Of a DNA stretch of 64,000 nucleotides, positions 20,224 to 29,823 are shown piece by piece. Position 1 is the stretch's first letter. Each line of letters starts with the position of its first letter. The position numbers and the translations under genes are program-made. Location: assembly GCA_965228855.1 (NCBI GenBank), contig CBDDIJ010000002.1:2304001-2368000 (forward strand), written 5' to 3'. This stretch comes from Candidatus Obscuribacterales bacterium. GTDB taxonomy: Bacteria; Cyanobacteriota; Vampirovibrionia; Obscuribacterales; Obscuribacteraceae. The notes beneath the pieces were generated by a model, which saw only the letters and a program-made list of their open reading frames with translations, made no database searches and was not told where the DNA came from.

Positions 20224-20931
20224 TTATGCTCCGGCTTTGGCTCCCAGCTTTGCTTCCCAATCATCAAGCTCTTGCTGATTAATAAGTCCGCGCTTGTTTG
20301 CAAGGTATACTGCCCGGCATCGCTGATTGAATTCCGTTTCGTTTGACTCGCCACGACCGGGAATTCCGAGCTTCGCATAAAGCGATTTTAGTCGTGACTG
20401 CACAGCTTTCTCGGTCAAGAACAATCGTTTTGCGATTGTGTGATCGGTCATGCCGAGCGAGATGCATACGAGTGCCTCGTATTCGGCGCTGGTCAAGTTT
20501 GTGGCTCGGTTTTGAGTGCGCTGAATTACTCTAGCGATACCTGGATGAATCCAGCAATCACCGGACAGAACTGCGCGACAGGCTTCAACAACTTGTTCAT
20601 TCGATGCGTTTTTCAACACGTAACCAAACGCTCCGTCAGGCGGCACAATCTTCCAGAGCTGTCTGACGTAAACTTCATCGGAAAAGTTCGATAGCATGAT
20701 AACGCCCGTCGAAGGCAACTTCTCCAAAATCTGCTCAGCGGCTTTGATTCCCGAGAGGTTCGGCATCTTGATGTCAAGGAAAACCAGGTCGGGCTTTATC
20801 TTAATCGCCATCTCAACGGCTTCTTGACCGTCGTGAGCTTCGTGAAGAGGGTGGTCTTTGACGTTCTCCTCGAGGAGATTGCGCAACCAACCACGGTCTC
20901 TGTCTTCGTCATCCGCAAAGAGAATCGTCAT
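20224..20931 (-). CDS. NarL/LuxR-family response regulator
   Basis: ILFADDE...DIKMP...GYVLK receiver; LTSAEYEAL...IAKRLFLTEKAV HTH; 4-bp overlap with the kinase gene. Confidence 0.93.
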   Translation of the reverse strand: MTILFADDEDRDRGWLRNLLEENVKDHPLHEAHDGQEAVEMAIKIKPDLVFLDIKMPNLSGIKAAEQILEKLPSTGVIMLSNFSDEVYVRQLWKIVPPDGAFGYVLKNASNEQVVEACRAVLSGDCWIHPGIARVIQRTQNRATNLTSAEYEALVCISLGMTDHTIAKRLFLTEKAVQSRLKSLYAKLGIPGRGESNETEFNQRCRAVYLANKRGLINQQELDDWEAKLGAKAGA

Positions 20932-22835
20932 AAATTACCTCGTGCGTCCTCATCCGATGTGCCTACGGCGATTTTGAGCATCAGCTCGCAACCTGTTTCA
21001 TACATTACCGGCTTCGACCATTCGACATTAGCCCCAATCAGTTGGGCTCGCTGGCGAATGTTCAGAAGTCCGTGGGAATCAGCCCTGATTTTGGATGGAT
21101 CGATCCCTCTCCCATTATCCGTGACTTTAATCACTAAGTGGCCCTCTTGCAACCCTATAGATAATTCAACTTCGTTTGCGTGAGAGTGCTTTTGTATGTT
21201 GTTTAAACCTTCTTGAACTATGCGATAGAGCTGCAATCTGGTCATCTGAGTGAGACCATAGTCGTCTTGTTGGTCACCGTCCTTAAAACTGGTCTCAATA
21301 TTCATGTCCCTCTCCAAGGCCACCAGCAGATTTTCAAGTGCCGGCTTGAAACCCATCGTCTCCAGAACGGAGGGGTGAAGGTCATTAATTACGCGCCGCA
21401 TCTCGACTACAGCTTGATCCAACTTCATTCTCATCTCTTGAGGAACAGGATTGTCTTCAAGTTCCGTCGAGAGTTTATCCGCCATGCGCGCAACAGATGA
21501 AAGGGCTGGCAAAGTTTCGTCGTGTAAATCTTCTGCTATTCGTTGACGCTCTTCTTCCGCGCGAACCTGCATGGCTTCTCTCGCTTCGGCGAGCTCTTTG
21601 TTCCTTAATCGTAAATCGGTGTCCAGGTAGATCAGCGTTCCAAAGATGAAAGCCAGCATGATAACTGCCAGAAGCGGCACAATGGGAACGTAAATAAATG
21701 AGGTGATAAACAGAACTTCGGTAGTCGCCACGATCACCATCGAGGTGCAGAGAAAACTAGTGGTGCGCGTACCCATGCGCAGGATCGAAGCCAGCGCGCC
21801 CAAAGCTCCTCCAGCCAAAAGAAGGATGTGGTGAAGAATAGAGCGTGGAAACGTATGAATTATCTGGTTTTTGTGAATCGTGTTGATTGCGTCCGCTTGA
21901 ATTTGAGCGTGTGTCACGTTTTCCGCAAGTGGGGTTCTGACAGCCGGAGTGTTGTCCTGCTTCTGCGTAAATTTCGTGCCGATGATCACGACTTTGCCTT
22001 GAAAGTGAGACGGCGCCACTTCGCCGTTCACCACTTCGGTTGCTCGATAGGTATCGTATTTGGTGCCGCGAAAATTGATGTATAGAGGCAGATCGTCTTG
22101 AGTGAACTTCGGCATCTGTCCGACGGTGGGACCGATGCCGCCCTTGCTGGCCATCAATGCCGCAACCGCTTTGGGTAATGAATCGAACACCTCATGACCG
22201 TACGTGAAAATTGGACTGTTAACCGTACCCTCCTGGGCCGCTGCCACCATCGGCATCTGACAGACCAGTCCATTCGGCTCCGCCAGCAGGTGATCGTAAG
22301 CACAAGCTGCGCAAGCCTTGCGCAATTCAACAGACGGAAAGTCCGAGGCGTCCTCCAGGTTGCCGAGCAGGGCAAGTACGATATTCGAACGATACTTTTG
22401 GAAAACTTCAATCAGTTTCGGATCGGCTTTACCGGCAACATCGATGTCGACCACGACGAGCAACGGCGAGCCTGCCTGTATGGTGGTAATCAAGTTGGCA
22501 AGGACTTGTTGAACTGGGCTCGGACCGTCGTCAATCGGCTCGGCCTCGAGGTCGAACTGATCGTCGTCGTCATAGGTAACGAGCACGATATCCTGCGATT
22601 TGGTTGTTCCCAGCAGCTTTGAACTGAGTTCATGCGCTACTTTGAACCGCCATTCGAGTAAATTCAGCTCCATTGTGTCGAGCACGGGAGACTCCGCAAG
22701 AAGGATGGTAGCTAAACAGCCGGCAAGAGTTCCCCAAAACAGCCGTTGAAACAGAAGACCGTCGCGGCCCTGCTTCGCCATCGCTGCGGGTAATCGACGC
22801 GTTATCGGCGCCAGAAATGAACTCATGTTTGCCAT
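20928..22835 (-). CDS. CHASE2-domain HisKA_3 sensor histidine kinase
   Basis: TM, then CHASE2 (DIVLVTYDD, VVVDID, FQGKVVIIG, RTPL), three TMs, RIAEDLHDE H-box, QEGLNNIQKHS and DNGRG. Confidence 0.92.
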   Translation of the reverse strand: MANMSSFLAPITRRLPAAMAKQGRDGLLFQRLFWGTLAGCLATILLAESPVLDTMELNLLEWRFKVAHELSSKLLGTTKSQDIVLVTYDDDDQFDLEAEPIDDGPSPVQQVLANLITTIQAGSPLLVVVDIDVAGKADPKLIEVFQKYRSNIVLALLGNLEDASDFPSVELRKACAACAYDHLLAEPNGLVCQMPMVAAAQEGTVNSPIFTYGHEVFDSLPKAVAALMASKGGIGPTVGQMPKFTQDDLPLYINFRGTKYDTYRATEVVNGEVAPSHFQGKVVIIGTKFTQKQDNTPAVRTPLAENVTHAQIQADAINTIHKNQIIHTFPRSILHHILLLAGGALGALASILRMGTRTTSFLCTSMVIVATTEVLFITSFIYVPIVPLLAVIMLAFIFGTLIYLDTDLRLRNKELAEAREAMQVRAEEERQRIAEDLHDETLPALSSVARMADKLSTELEDNPVPQEMRMKLDQAVVEMRRVINDLHPSVLETMGFKPALENLLVALERDMNIETSFKDGDQQDDYGLTQMTRLQLYRIVQEGLNNIQKHSHANEVELSIGLQEGHLVIKVTDNGRGIDPSKIRADSHGLLNIRQRAQLIGANVEWSKPVMYETGCELMLKIAVGTSDEDARGNL

Positions 22836-22963
22836 TGGAGCATCGTGCCTGATGGTCTCGGTAGTAATGCAGGCTGTCGCCTTACCACTAATATGAAGTT
22901 TGCCGGCTCCTCCACGCCCGTGTGCTCCAAGATTAGTCTAGCCAAGGCATAACTTCAATTGTC

Positions 22964-23016
22964 CAGGGAAAACCCCAGAGGCGCCTTATTTAGATAATAA
23001 CCCAGGGTTTTCCCTG
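22964..23016. promoter_or_regulatory. Two inverted copies of a GGGTTTTCCCTG motif in the divergent HK/VIT promoter region
   Basis: CAGGGAAAACCCCAG at 22964-22978 and palindromic CAGGGTTTTCCCTG at 23003-23016. Confidence 0.6.
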
Positions 23017-23149
23017 ACCGTGAAGAGCCGTTTTACGCCAAGATTTCGACGCCGATAATGTCTATCCTGATTATAGGCGTCACTCAGCGCGGTCGAAGAC
23101 TCGGGTCCGATCGGCTGCACTCTCGTATCAGTCTTGTGAGGCATTGTTT

Positions 23150-25804
23150 ATGCGAGTTCGAAGATTTACATTGGCAGCCCTGACGGTAATTGGCACAAGC
23201 TCATCGCTTTTGATGGCGCCATCGGCACAGGCTTCCGGTTTCATCGTCGTCGATCCGGCATTCCACGGGGCGATCGCTCCAGTGCCCATATCGCCTCCCA
23301 CCACCCCCATAACTCCTATCCGCCCAGGTCATCCTCTGCCGCGCCCGGTGCCGCCGGTTTTACACGGTAGCGTTTCAACCGGACTTTCACTCGATAAGCA
23401 AGAGATCTCTGTGGACATTGACAATAATGTCGCTAAAACGTACATCAAACAGACATTTCGCAATGATACCGACCGAGATCTTGCCGGTACCTATCTCTTC
23501 CCTCTACCTCAAGATGCTACCTTCAGTTCTTTCTCGTTGCATATTGATGGGAAACCGATCGAAGGAAAGATTCTGGCCGCAGCTGAAGCTCGGCAGCAGT
23601 ACGAGCAGATTGTGCGCTCGATGGTCGACCCCGGTCTTCTCGAATATGCGGATTATAAAACAGTTCGCGCTCGCATCTTCCCAATCCCGAAGCACGGAAC
23701 GAAAACCGTCGAACTTGAATACACGCAATTGCTCAAGACAAATGGAGGTATGCTCAAGTATCGCTTCCCTTTGAAATCGGCTCAGGCTCAGGCTGTGGAC
23801 GAAACCAAGATTGACATAAAAGTGAAGAGCAAGGAAGAACTCCGATCGGTTTGGTCTCCGTCGCATACGATTAAAACCGATCGAAAAGACAGTCATAATG
23901 CGATTGTTTCATTCGACGACAAGGCTACAGATAAGTTGGCCAATAAGGATTTTTCGGTCTATTACACGATCTCAGATAAAGATCTGTCAACCAGTATCTT
24001 GACTCATAAGAAGAGCGATGAAGACGGCTATTTTTTGATGACGCTAAATCCGCCGTTGATCGCCAAAGAGATTGTAGAAAAAGATGTGGTCCTGATCGCT
24101 GATACATCCGGGTCAATGAACGGCGAGAAAATGGATCAATGCAAGAAGGCATTGAAGTATGTAATTGAGTCGCTGCACCCAAAGGACCGCTTCTCGCTCG
24201 TCAGTTTCAGCACTGATTCCGAGGTCTTTAAGAGCCGGCTGGTCGAAGCAACGAAGGAGAATAGGAACAAAGCAAATGAGTTTATCGACGATCTGCGAGC
24301 TCGTGGTGGTACCAATATTGGTGACGCGCTCTCAAGCGGGCTGGAGATTCTCAACGATAGTTCTTCTCGACCCGCCTACTTGGTCCTAATGACTGATGGA
24401 CAACCGACCGTCGGCACAATTGAGATGAACGACCTTGTTAAATCTGTGAAACCCAAACGTGACATTCGCCTGTTCGATTTTGGTGTGGGCTACGATGTTA
24501 ATACTCAATTGTTGAATAAACTCGCTGAGGAGCATCACGGTTCTGCACAGTACGTAGAGCCTGATGAGGATCTTGAAGTTTCGCTATCAAGTTTCTATCA
24601 AAAGATCAGCAGTCCTGTTCTTAGCGATGTGAAGCTGGTTTACGATGGAATTGAAGTTAAGGATGTCTATCCAAAGACCGTAAAAGATCTCTTTGCCGGA
24701 ACCCCGGTGATGCTTCTGGGGCGCTACAAAACAGGAGCCGAGGCGACTGTTAAACTCACCGGCAGCGTCAACGGAGATGCAAAGGCTTTTGATTTCCCTT
24801 TGACTTTTGAAAAGTCAGAAGCTGGTGCTTCATACCTTCCACGAATGTGGGCGATGAGAAGAATTGGCTATTTGACGGAAGTTGCGCAATCCAACAATGA
24901 CAATAAGGAAGTGGTTGACGAGATTGTCGAACTTTCCAAACACTATGGAATTATCTCTGCCTATACTTCTTTTCTCGTGACCGATCCCAATGAGCCAACC
25001 GCATTTCGTAACAATGTGATGCCGGTGGATGGTCCGGCTGTTGGCAGAGGGTCTATCCCGCTACCGCCTCCGGGTGCTCCTGAGCCACTAATCTCTACTG
25101 CTACAAGCGCTCGCGGCGCGCGGTTTGATTTCATGCCAAACGCGTGGGGCGGCGATGAGTTTCGCGGTGGCGAAGGCTGGAGTTCATCCGGAGCGCCGCA
25201 AGCCATGTTTGCTTTTAGCTCTAAACAGAAAGCCGCTATCGCTGGCGGCGGCGGTGGGTCTCTCCACAGACCTGTCAGTGGGCGATTACACTCTCCAACC
25301 AAGCTGGATTCTGGAGTCTCTCGCTCACCGGAGAGCAAATCCGAGCTTGCAATGCTTCCACCTTCAAATTTCGGAGCTTCTGCGAGCGCTAATAAAATCT
25401 ACCGTGACGAGGGGGCCGACCGCGACCGGTTGAAAGAATCAAAAGATGCATTCGCCAGATCTTTAGCCGGCGCCAAGCCTGCTGGTGAGAAGGCCGTGCT
25501 CGCTCAAAAGTCACTGGCTTCATTGAAAGGCGCAGATGGAGTATCCGCTGCCGGCACCATTAATGGTGTCAAAGTCATTGGAGAAAAGACCTTCTATTTC
25601 CTCAATGGTTTTTGGGTCGATAGCAGTTTTGAAAAAGAGAAAGATCCAAAAATCGAGGAGATCGAATTCGGCAGCGAAAAATACTTTGATCTTGTAAAAA
25701 GCGATTCTGAGATAACACCGTTTCTCGGCGCTGGCCAACAGGTTATCGTTGTTTTCAAAGGCCACTGCTACAAAATCGTAGAGCCGAAGCAAGCGCAAAT
25801 CTAA
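23150..25804 (+). CDS. Secreted VIT + vWA domain protein (inter-alpha-trypsin inhibitor heavy chain-like), copy 1
   Basis: Signal peptide; Pro-rich segment; VIT (QTFRN...YLFPLP...ARQQYE...DPGLLEY); MIDAS DTSGS, GGTN and TDG. ATG 23150 follows a GAGG RBS. Confidence 0.9.
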   Translation: MRVRRFTLAALTVIGTSSSLLMAPSAQASGFIVVDPAFHGAIAPVPISPPTTPITPIRPGHPLPRPVPPVLHGSVSTGLSLDKQEISVDIDNNVAKTYIKQTFRNDTDRDLAGTYLFPLPQDATFSSFSLHIDGKPIEGKILAAAEARQQYEQIVRSMVDPGLLEYADYKTVRARIFPIPKHGTKTVELEYTQLLKTNGGMLKYRFPLKSAQAQAVDETKIDIKVKSKEELRSVWSPSHTIKTDRKDSHNAIVSFDDKATDKLANKDFSVYYTISDKDLSTSILTHKKSDEDGYFLMTLNPPLIAKEIVEKDVVLIADTSGSMNGEKMDQCKKALKYVIESLHPKDRFSLVSFSTDSEVFKSRLVEATKENRNKANEFIDDLRARGGTNIGDALSSGLEILNDSSSRPAYLVLMTDGQPTVGTIEMNDLVKSVKPKRDIRLFDFGVGYDVNTQLLNKLAEEHHGSAQYVEPDEDLEVSLSSFYQKISSPVLSDVKLVYDGIEVKDVYPKTVKDLFAGTPVMLLGRYKTGAEATVKLTGSVNGDAKAFDFPLTFEKSEAGASYLPRMWAMRRIGYLTEVAQSNNDNKEVVDEIVELSKHYGIISAYTSFLVTDPNEPTAFRNNVMPVDGPAVGRGSIPLPPPGAPEPLISTATSARGARFDFMPNAWGGDEFRGGEGWSSSGAPQAMFAFSSKQKAAIAGGGGGSLHRPVSGRLHSPTKLDSGVSRSPESKSELAMLPPSNFGASASANKIYRDEGADRDRLKESKDAFARSLAGAKPAGEKAVLAQKSLASLKGADGVSAAGTINGVKVIGEKTFYFLNGFWVDSSFEKEKDPKIEEIEFGSEKYFDLVKSDSEITPFLGAGQQVIVVFKGHCYKIVEPKQAQI

Positions 25805-25807
25805 ACA

Positions 25808-26125
25808 TCAAATGTTCAATCTGTATTCGGCAATGGAATCTTGCACAAGCTCTAACGGTACATTGCCGACGACTTTTTCGATCCAGTCAGGATTGATCTG
25901 CGCTGGTGTCACAGGGAGGATTATGTGCGTTTCGCTCAGTCCGCAATTTGTGTGAATCGAAGGGTCTATGGTGAGGCTCCATGCGTACTCCGGTTTGGGT
26001 CTGATGGAGAACGTTGTCGGCTTACCATGGTCTACCCTGAGGACCAAGAGAAACGATTGCGGGCGCGAACTCGCCGTGCTTCGCAACTGGATGATATCGC
26101 CTACCTTGAGCGACAATTCACTCAT
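25808..26125 (-). CDS. Small protein, divergent PemK/MazF-like fold
   Basis: KVGDII...RP..LLV...NCGLSETHII...QI...IEKVVGNV pattern resembles PemK; AGGAG RBS upstream. Confidence 0.5.
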   Translation of the reverse strand: MSELSLKVGDIIQLRSTASSRPQSFLLVLRVDHGKPTTFSIRPKPEYAWSLTIDPSIHTNCGLSETHIILPVTPAQINPDWIEKVVGNVPLELVQDSIAEYRLNI

Positions 26126-26190
26126 AGGATGACTTCTCCTGAAACTACCTTTTGATTTTAGTCCAGGACTTGTTTCTCTGACAACGGTTT

Positions 26191-26499
26191 TTAATGAGTA
26201 ACGGACGACGGCGCTACGCGTGATGCAGTTTTATAACCGTTGTGCGCTGCTTGAAGTTGGTGCTTCGGCGATGAGTGATAGCCGCAAGCCATGACGATGA
26301 GGAAGCCGAGTAAGAGCCCGCTGACGATGAAGTGCCTGGAGTAGTCGGCGTTACTGGCGCGAATTACAGCTGTGCGCTTTTTGAATTCGTCGGAGTGACG
26401 ATCGGAGTGAAACGAAAGGTTCGTGCGGGAACAACCCACGCATTCGTTGCTGAATCTCGACATGATGGCGCCGCAGTCATTGCACAGAATTGCTTTCAC
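26191..26499 (-). CDS. Zinc-ribbon protein with single TM segment
   Basis: CNDC...CVGC followed by hydrophobic FIVSGLLLGFLIVMAC; AGGAG RBS. Confidence 0.65.
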   Translation of the reverse strand: MKAILCNDCGAIMSRFSNECVGCSRTNLSFHSDRHSDEFKKRTAVIRASNADYSRHFIVSGLLLGFLIVMACGYHSSPKHQLQAAHNGYKTASRVAPSSVTH

Positions 26500-26596
26500 T
26501 AGAACTCTCCTTACACAACGCCTCTCTTATACGACGAGGGATCTGGTAGTGCAAGCGGTGGCAGATTTATAGGCTGTATAACTGGCATGCTCCAAA

Positions 26597-26611
26597 CCGG
26601 GTTTTCCCTGA
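26597..26611 (+). promoter_or_regulatory. GGGTTTTCCCTGA motif upstream of VIT-vWA copy 2
   Basis: 13 bp (26599-26611) identical to 23005-23017. Confidence 0.55.
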
Positions 26612-26761
26612 ACGTTGCTGGCGCTTGTTCCTGGCGAATTCCTCGCCTGGATTTCGTACGCTAGTTATTGACCGAACAACTTCGGTCACACGGCGAATTG
26701 ACGGGATGCCCGAAAGATAAATTTGTTATCGATCCTTGGCATCCGCGACGAGGACATTTAT

Positions 26762-29230
26762 ATGAAACGTTTTGTGCTTTCGACCTTAATAACTATGGCG
26801 GCAAGCTGCTGCATCTCTCAACCTGCCAATGCGACCGGGTGGATTGTTATCGATCCGATTGCCGGTGGTGGACCTGTGGTAATGCCACCGGTAACGGTGA
26901 CAACTCCTGGTGTCAGACCTGGTATCACTCCCATCAGACCTGGCTCTCGGACTCCCCGTCCGTCAACGATAACTCTGCAGGGACACGTGAGTGTCGGGTT
27001 GCACTTACAGGCCGCCGCAGTCAAGGTCGAAATCAAAGATCAGATAGCGAAAACTTATATTACGCAGACGTTTTCAAACGACTCAGATCGCAACCTTGCG
27101 GGAACATACCTTTTTCCGCTTCCCGATGACACCACATTTAGTTCCTTTTCGCTTCACATAGACGGGAAGCCTGTCGAAGGAAAAATTCTCGAAGCATCTG
27201 TCGCTCGGCAAGAGTATGAATCGATTGTGCGACGAATGGTCGATCCCGGCTTGCTTGAATACGCTGACAGTAAGACAGTTCGCGCTCGCATATTTCCAAT
27301 TCCGGCGCATGGAACTAAAAAAGTAGAACTCGAATACACGCAAATTTTGAAGGCTGAGAACGGTTTATTGAAATATCGTTTTCCACTGAAGGCAGGTGTA
27401 GAGGACAGTCCGGCTGATGAAATTAAGGTGGATGTGAAGATTGCCAGTGCGCAGGGGCTGCGAACTATATGGTCGCCGACCCACACTGTGAAAACGACTC
27501 GTGCCGACAATCTTAACGCTAAGATTTCCATGTCAGAGAAGGATACGCTTCCGGATAAAGACTTTCTCCTCTACTACAGTGTTTCAAACAATGAACTGGC
27601 TGCTAACTTGATCACGCATAAGGCTGAAGACGAGGACGGCTACTTTCTAATGACGTTGTCTCCGCCGATGCAGTCAAAGGCGATTATTGGAAAGGATGTG
27701 GTGTTGGTTGCTGACACATCCGGCTCTATGCAGGGAGCGAAGATGGAGGAGAACAAGCGTGCACTTAAATATGTCGTCAATGCGTTGCACCCGACAGATC
27801 GTTTCGGTCTCGTTGAATTCAACACGGATGCAGAAACGTTCAAAAATAATCTGGTCCCTGCGACGCCTGAGAACAAAAAGGCGGCGTGCGAATTTATCGA
27901 TGATTTGAGCGCGCGTGGTGGCACCAATATCGGTGAGGCAATTTCGATAGGTAAGACGCTACTGGCTGAAGAAAATTCCCGACCGGCATATATGATTTTT
28001 ATGACTGACGGCGAACCTACTGTCGGGGAGCGCGACTCGGAGAAATTGATTTCGCTTGCGAACTCCAAGAAAGACATTCGTGTTTTTGACTTTGGAGTTG
28101 GATATGACGTAAACACTAAGCTACTCAACAAGCTTGCCGAATCTCATCATGGTACGTCCCAATATGTCGAACCGAACGAGAATATCGAACATGCACTCGC
28201 GTCGTTCTACGACAAAATTAAGAGTCCGGTGCTCAGTGATGTGAAAATCGCCTACGAGGGCATTGAGGTGAAAAACACATATCCGCGCGAGGTAAAGGAC
28301 ATTTTTGCCGGCTCGCAAGTTTTGCTCCTGGGACGCTATAAGAAGGGCGGCTCGGCAAAGATAAATTTGACCGGTACCGTCGGTGGTGCATCGAAGAATT
28401 ACTCATTCCCGTTGACCTTCTCGCCGTCGCAAGCCGGAAATTCGCATCTTGTTAAACTCTGGGCAATGCGTAGAATCGGTTATTTGACGGAGGTTGCGCA
28501 CTCGAATCAAGAGAATCGTGAGGTCATTGACGAGATCGTCGCCCTCTCGAAACAGCATGGAATTATTTCTGAATACACATCCTACCTCGTTACAGATCCA
28601 AGTGAGAATGGTCGCCTGGCTATGCAGCCTGTTAGAGGCGGTGTCGTTCCACGTCCGGAGGCTTCTCGGTCAAGGATTGCATCGATTGCTCGTCCGGGTG
28701 CTTCCCCTGCATGGAACCGTTCGATTAGATCGACGCGTGATGCCGAGTATGGATCTGCCGCAAGTGGTTTAGCCGCACCTCCTGCTCTGGCGGGAGCTTC
28801 GAACGGGACTGTTGGCATGAATGCAGCAATGCTCAAAAAGTCTAATAGAATGCAACTGCAAATTATTGCGGACGAATCACCAGCGGTTTACGATCGGCGC
28901 GATGCACCGGTGTCCGGAAAGCTGGCTGTAATCGCAGCAAAAGAAAGGAACAATTTGAAGAACAGCATGATTGCAGATAAAGGCCTTCTCTCCAAAGATT
29001 CGAAAACGGTTGATGATAAAACCTTTTACTTCAGTGGAGGAACTTGGACGGATAGTAGCTGCAATAGTTCTTCCAAGCCGATTGTGATTGTTTTTGGTTC
29101 GAAAGAGTATTTTGAACTTTTAAAAAATCAACCAGGAATCGCTAAGTATTTGTCCGTTGGAAAGCAGGTATTGCTGAGCTTCAAGGGCAACGTATACAAA
29201 GTCGTCCAGACCCGAACTGCAACGGGCTAG
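26762..29230 (+). CDS. Secreted VIT + vWA domain protein, copy 2
   Basis: Paralogue of 23150..25804 (ITPIRPG, LAGTYLFPLP, DTSGSM, TDG, WAMRRIGYLTEVA). ATG 26762 follows a GAGGA RBS. Confidence 0.9.
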   Translation: MKRFVLSTLITMAASCCISQPANATGWIVIDPIAGGGPVVMPPVTVTTPGVRPGITPIRPGSRTPRPSTITLQGHVSVGLHLQAAAVKVEIKDQIAKTYITQTFSNDSDRNLAGTYLFPLPDDTTFSSFSLHIDGKPVEGKILEASVARQEYESIVRRMVDPGLLEYADSKTVRARIFPIPAHGTKKVELEYTQILKAENGLLKYRFPLKAGVEDSPADEIKVDVKIASAQGLRTIWSPTHTVKTTRADNLNAKISMSEKDTLPDKDFLLYYSVSNNELAANLITHKAEDEDGYFLMTLSPPMQSKAIIGKDVVLVADTSGSMQGAKMEENKRALKYVVNALHPTDRFGLVEFNTDAETFKNNLVPATPENKKAACEFIDDLSARGGTNIGEAISIGKTLLAEENSRPAYMIFMTDGEPTVGERDSEKLISLANSKKDIRVFDFGVGYDVNTKLLNKLAESHHGTSQYVEPNENIEHALASFYDKIKSPVLSDVKIAYEGIEVKNTYPREVKDIFAGSQVLLLGRYKKGGSAKINLTGTVGGASKNYSFPLTFSPSQAGNSHLVKLWAMRRIGYLTEVAHSNQENREVIDEIVALSKQHGIISEYTSYLVTDPSENGRLAMQPVRGGVVPRPEASRSRIASIARPGASPAWNRSIRSTRDAEYGSAASGLAAPPALAGASNGTVGMNAAMLKKSNRMQLQIIADESPAVYDRRDAPVSGKLAVIAAKERNNLKNSMIADKGLLSKDSKTVDDKTFYFSGGTWTDSSCNSSSKPIVIVFGSKEYFELLKNQPGIAKYLSVGKQVLLSFKGNVYKVVQTRTATG

Positions 29231-29303
29231 GATGAGCGTGGAGGCAATCTCAAGTCCGAAGGTTTAACGACGACCCTTCCTTCAACCTGTCCTCCATGCC
29301 ACT

Positions 29304-29340
29304 GGGAAACACCGAGCGCACCGCGCTCGGTGCTTTTCCC
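29304..29340 (+). terminator. Hairpin, probable intrinsic terminator after VIT-vWA copy 2
   Basis: CACCGAGCGC-acc-GCGCTCGGTG 10-bp stem followed by CTTTT. Confidence 0.6.
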
Positions 29341-29429
29341 TTGAGGCGTCTTTCATTGACCAGGATGTGACGAACTCTTCTCCGCAACATGCCTTTGAGC
29401 GCGTGCTATGAACCCGAGAGGAGTTGAGT

Positions 29430-29807
29430 ATGAGTGTCAAAAGAGCACTATTCGGTTTATTTTTCTTGCTAACGTTGGCTTCACCGCCGGTGTTCGCAGG
29501 GGTGCTGCTCGTGCTCGTTGTTGCCGCATCGATTTGCAACTTAGACATCGCGCTTGAGAAGTGGGGACGCGAAGTGCGGCAGGCTGGACCAAAGCCAGTT
29601 AAGTTCAAGATGACTTCGAGTCTATGCGTTGTCGGCGCCTTTCTTGCAGTGGTTTTCGCCGCAGCAGGAGCATTATGGAATAACGTTCCTGTGATATCGC
29701 CGTCCACGGTCCACGGATTGGTTTCATGCTGTTCAATTTTGATGCATTTTGGAGCGATTTTTCTGTTTGTCGGCTCGATGTACACCTTCGTCAAACTGGT
29801 AGACTAG
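29430..29807 (+). CDS. Small membrane protein, hypothetical
   Basis: GAGGAG RBS; about three hydrophobic segments; lies just upstream of ndh. Confidence 0.55.
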   Translation: MSVKRALFGLFFLLTLASPPVFAGVLLVLVVAASICNLDIALEKWGREVRQAGPKPVKFKMTSSLCVVGAFLAVVFAAAGALWNNVPVISPSTVHGLVSCCSILMHFGAIFLFVGSMYTFVKLVD

Positions 29808-29823
29808 AAACGCTTCAGGCTAT

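Noticed and set aside
24960..24995. TDP in the VIT proteins as an ITIH-type Asp-Pro autocleavage site
   Set aside because: It corresponds to the TSxxV end of the conserved domain and lacks the DPHF context.
26669..26688. TGACCGAA-caac-TTCGGTCA resembling the TetR operator
   Set aside because: Half-site spacing is 4 rather than 2 and the outer bases differ; more likely a 5'-UTR hairpin of VIT copy 2.
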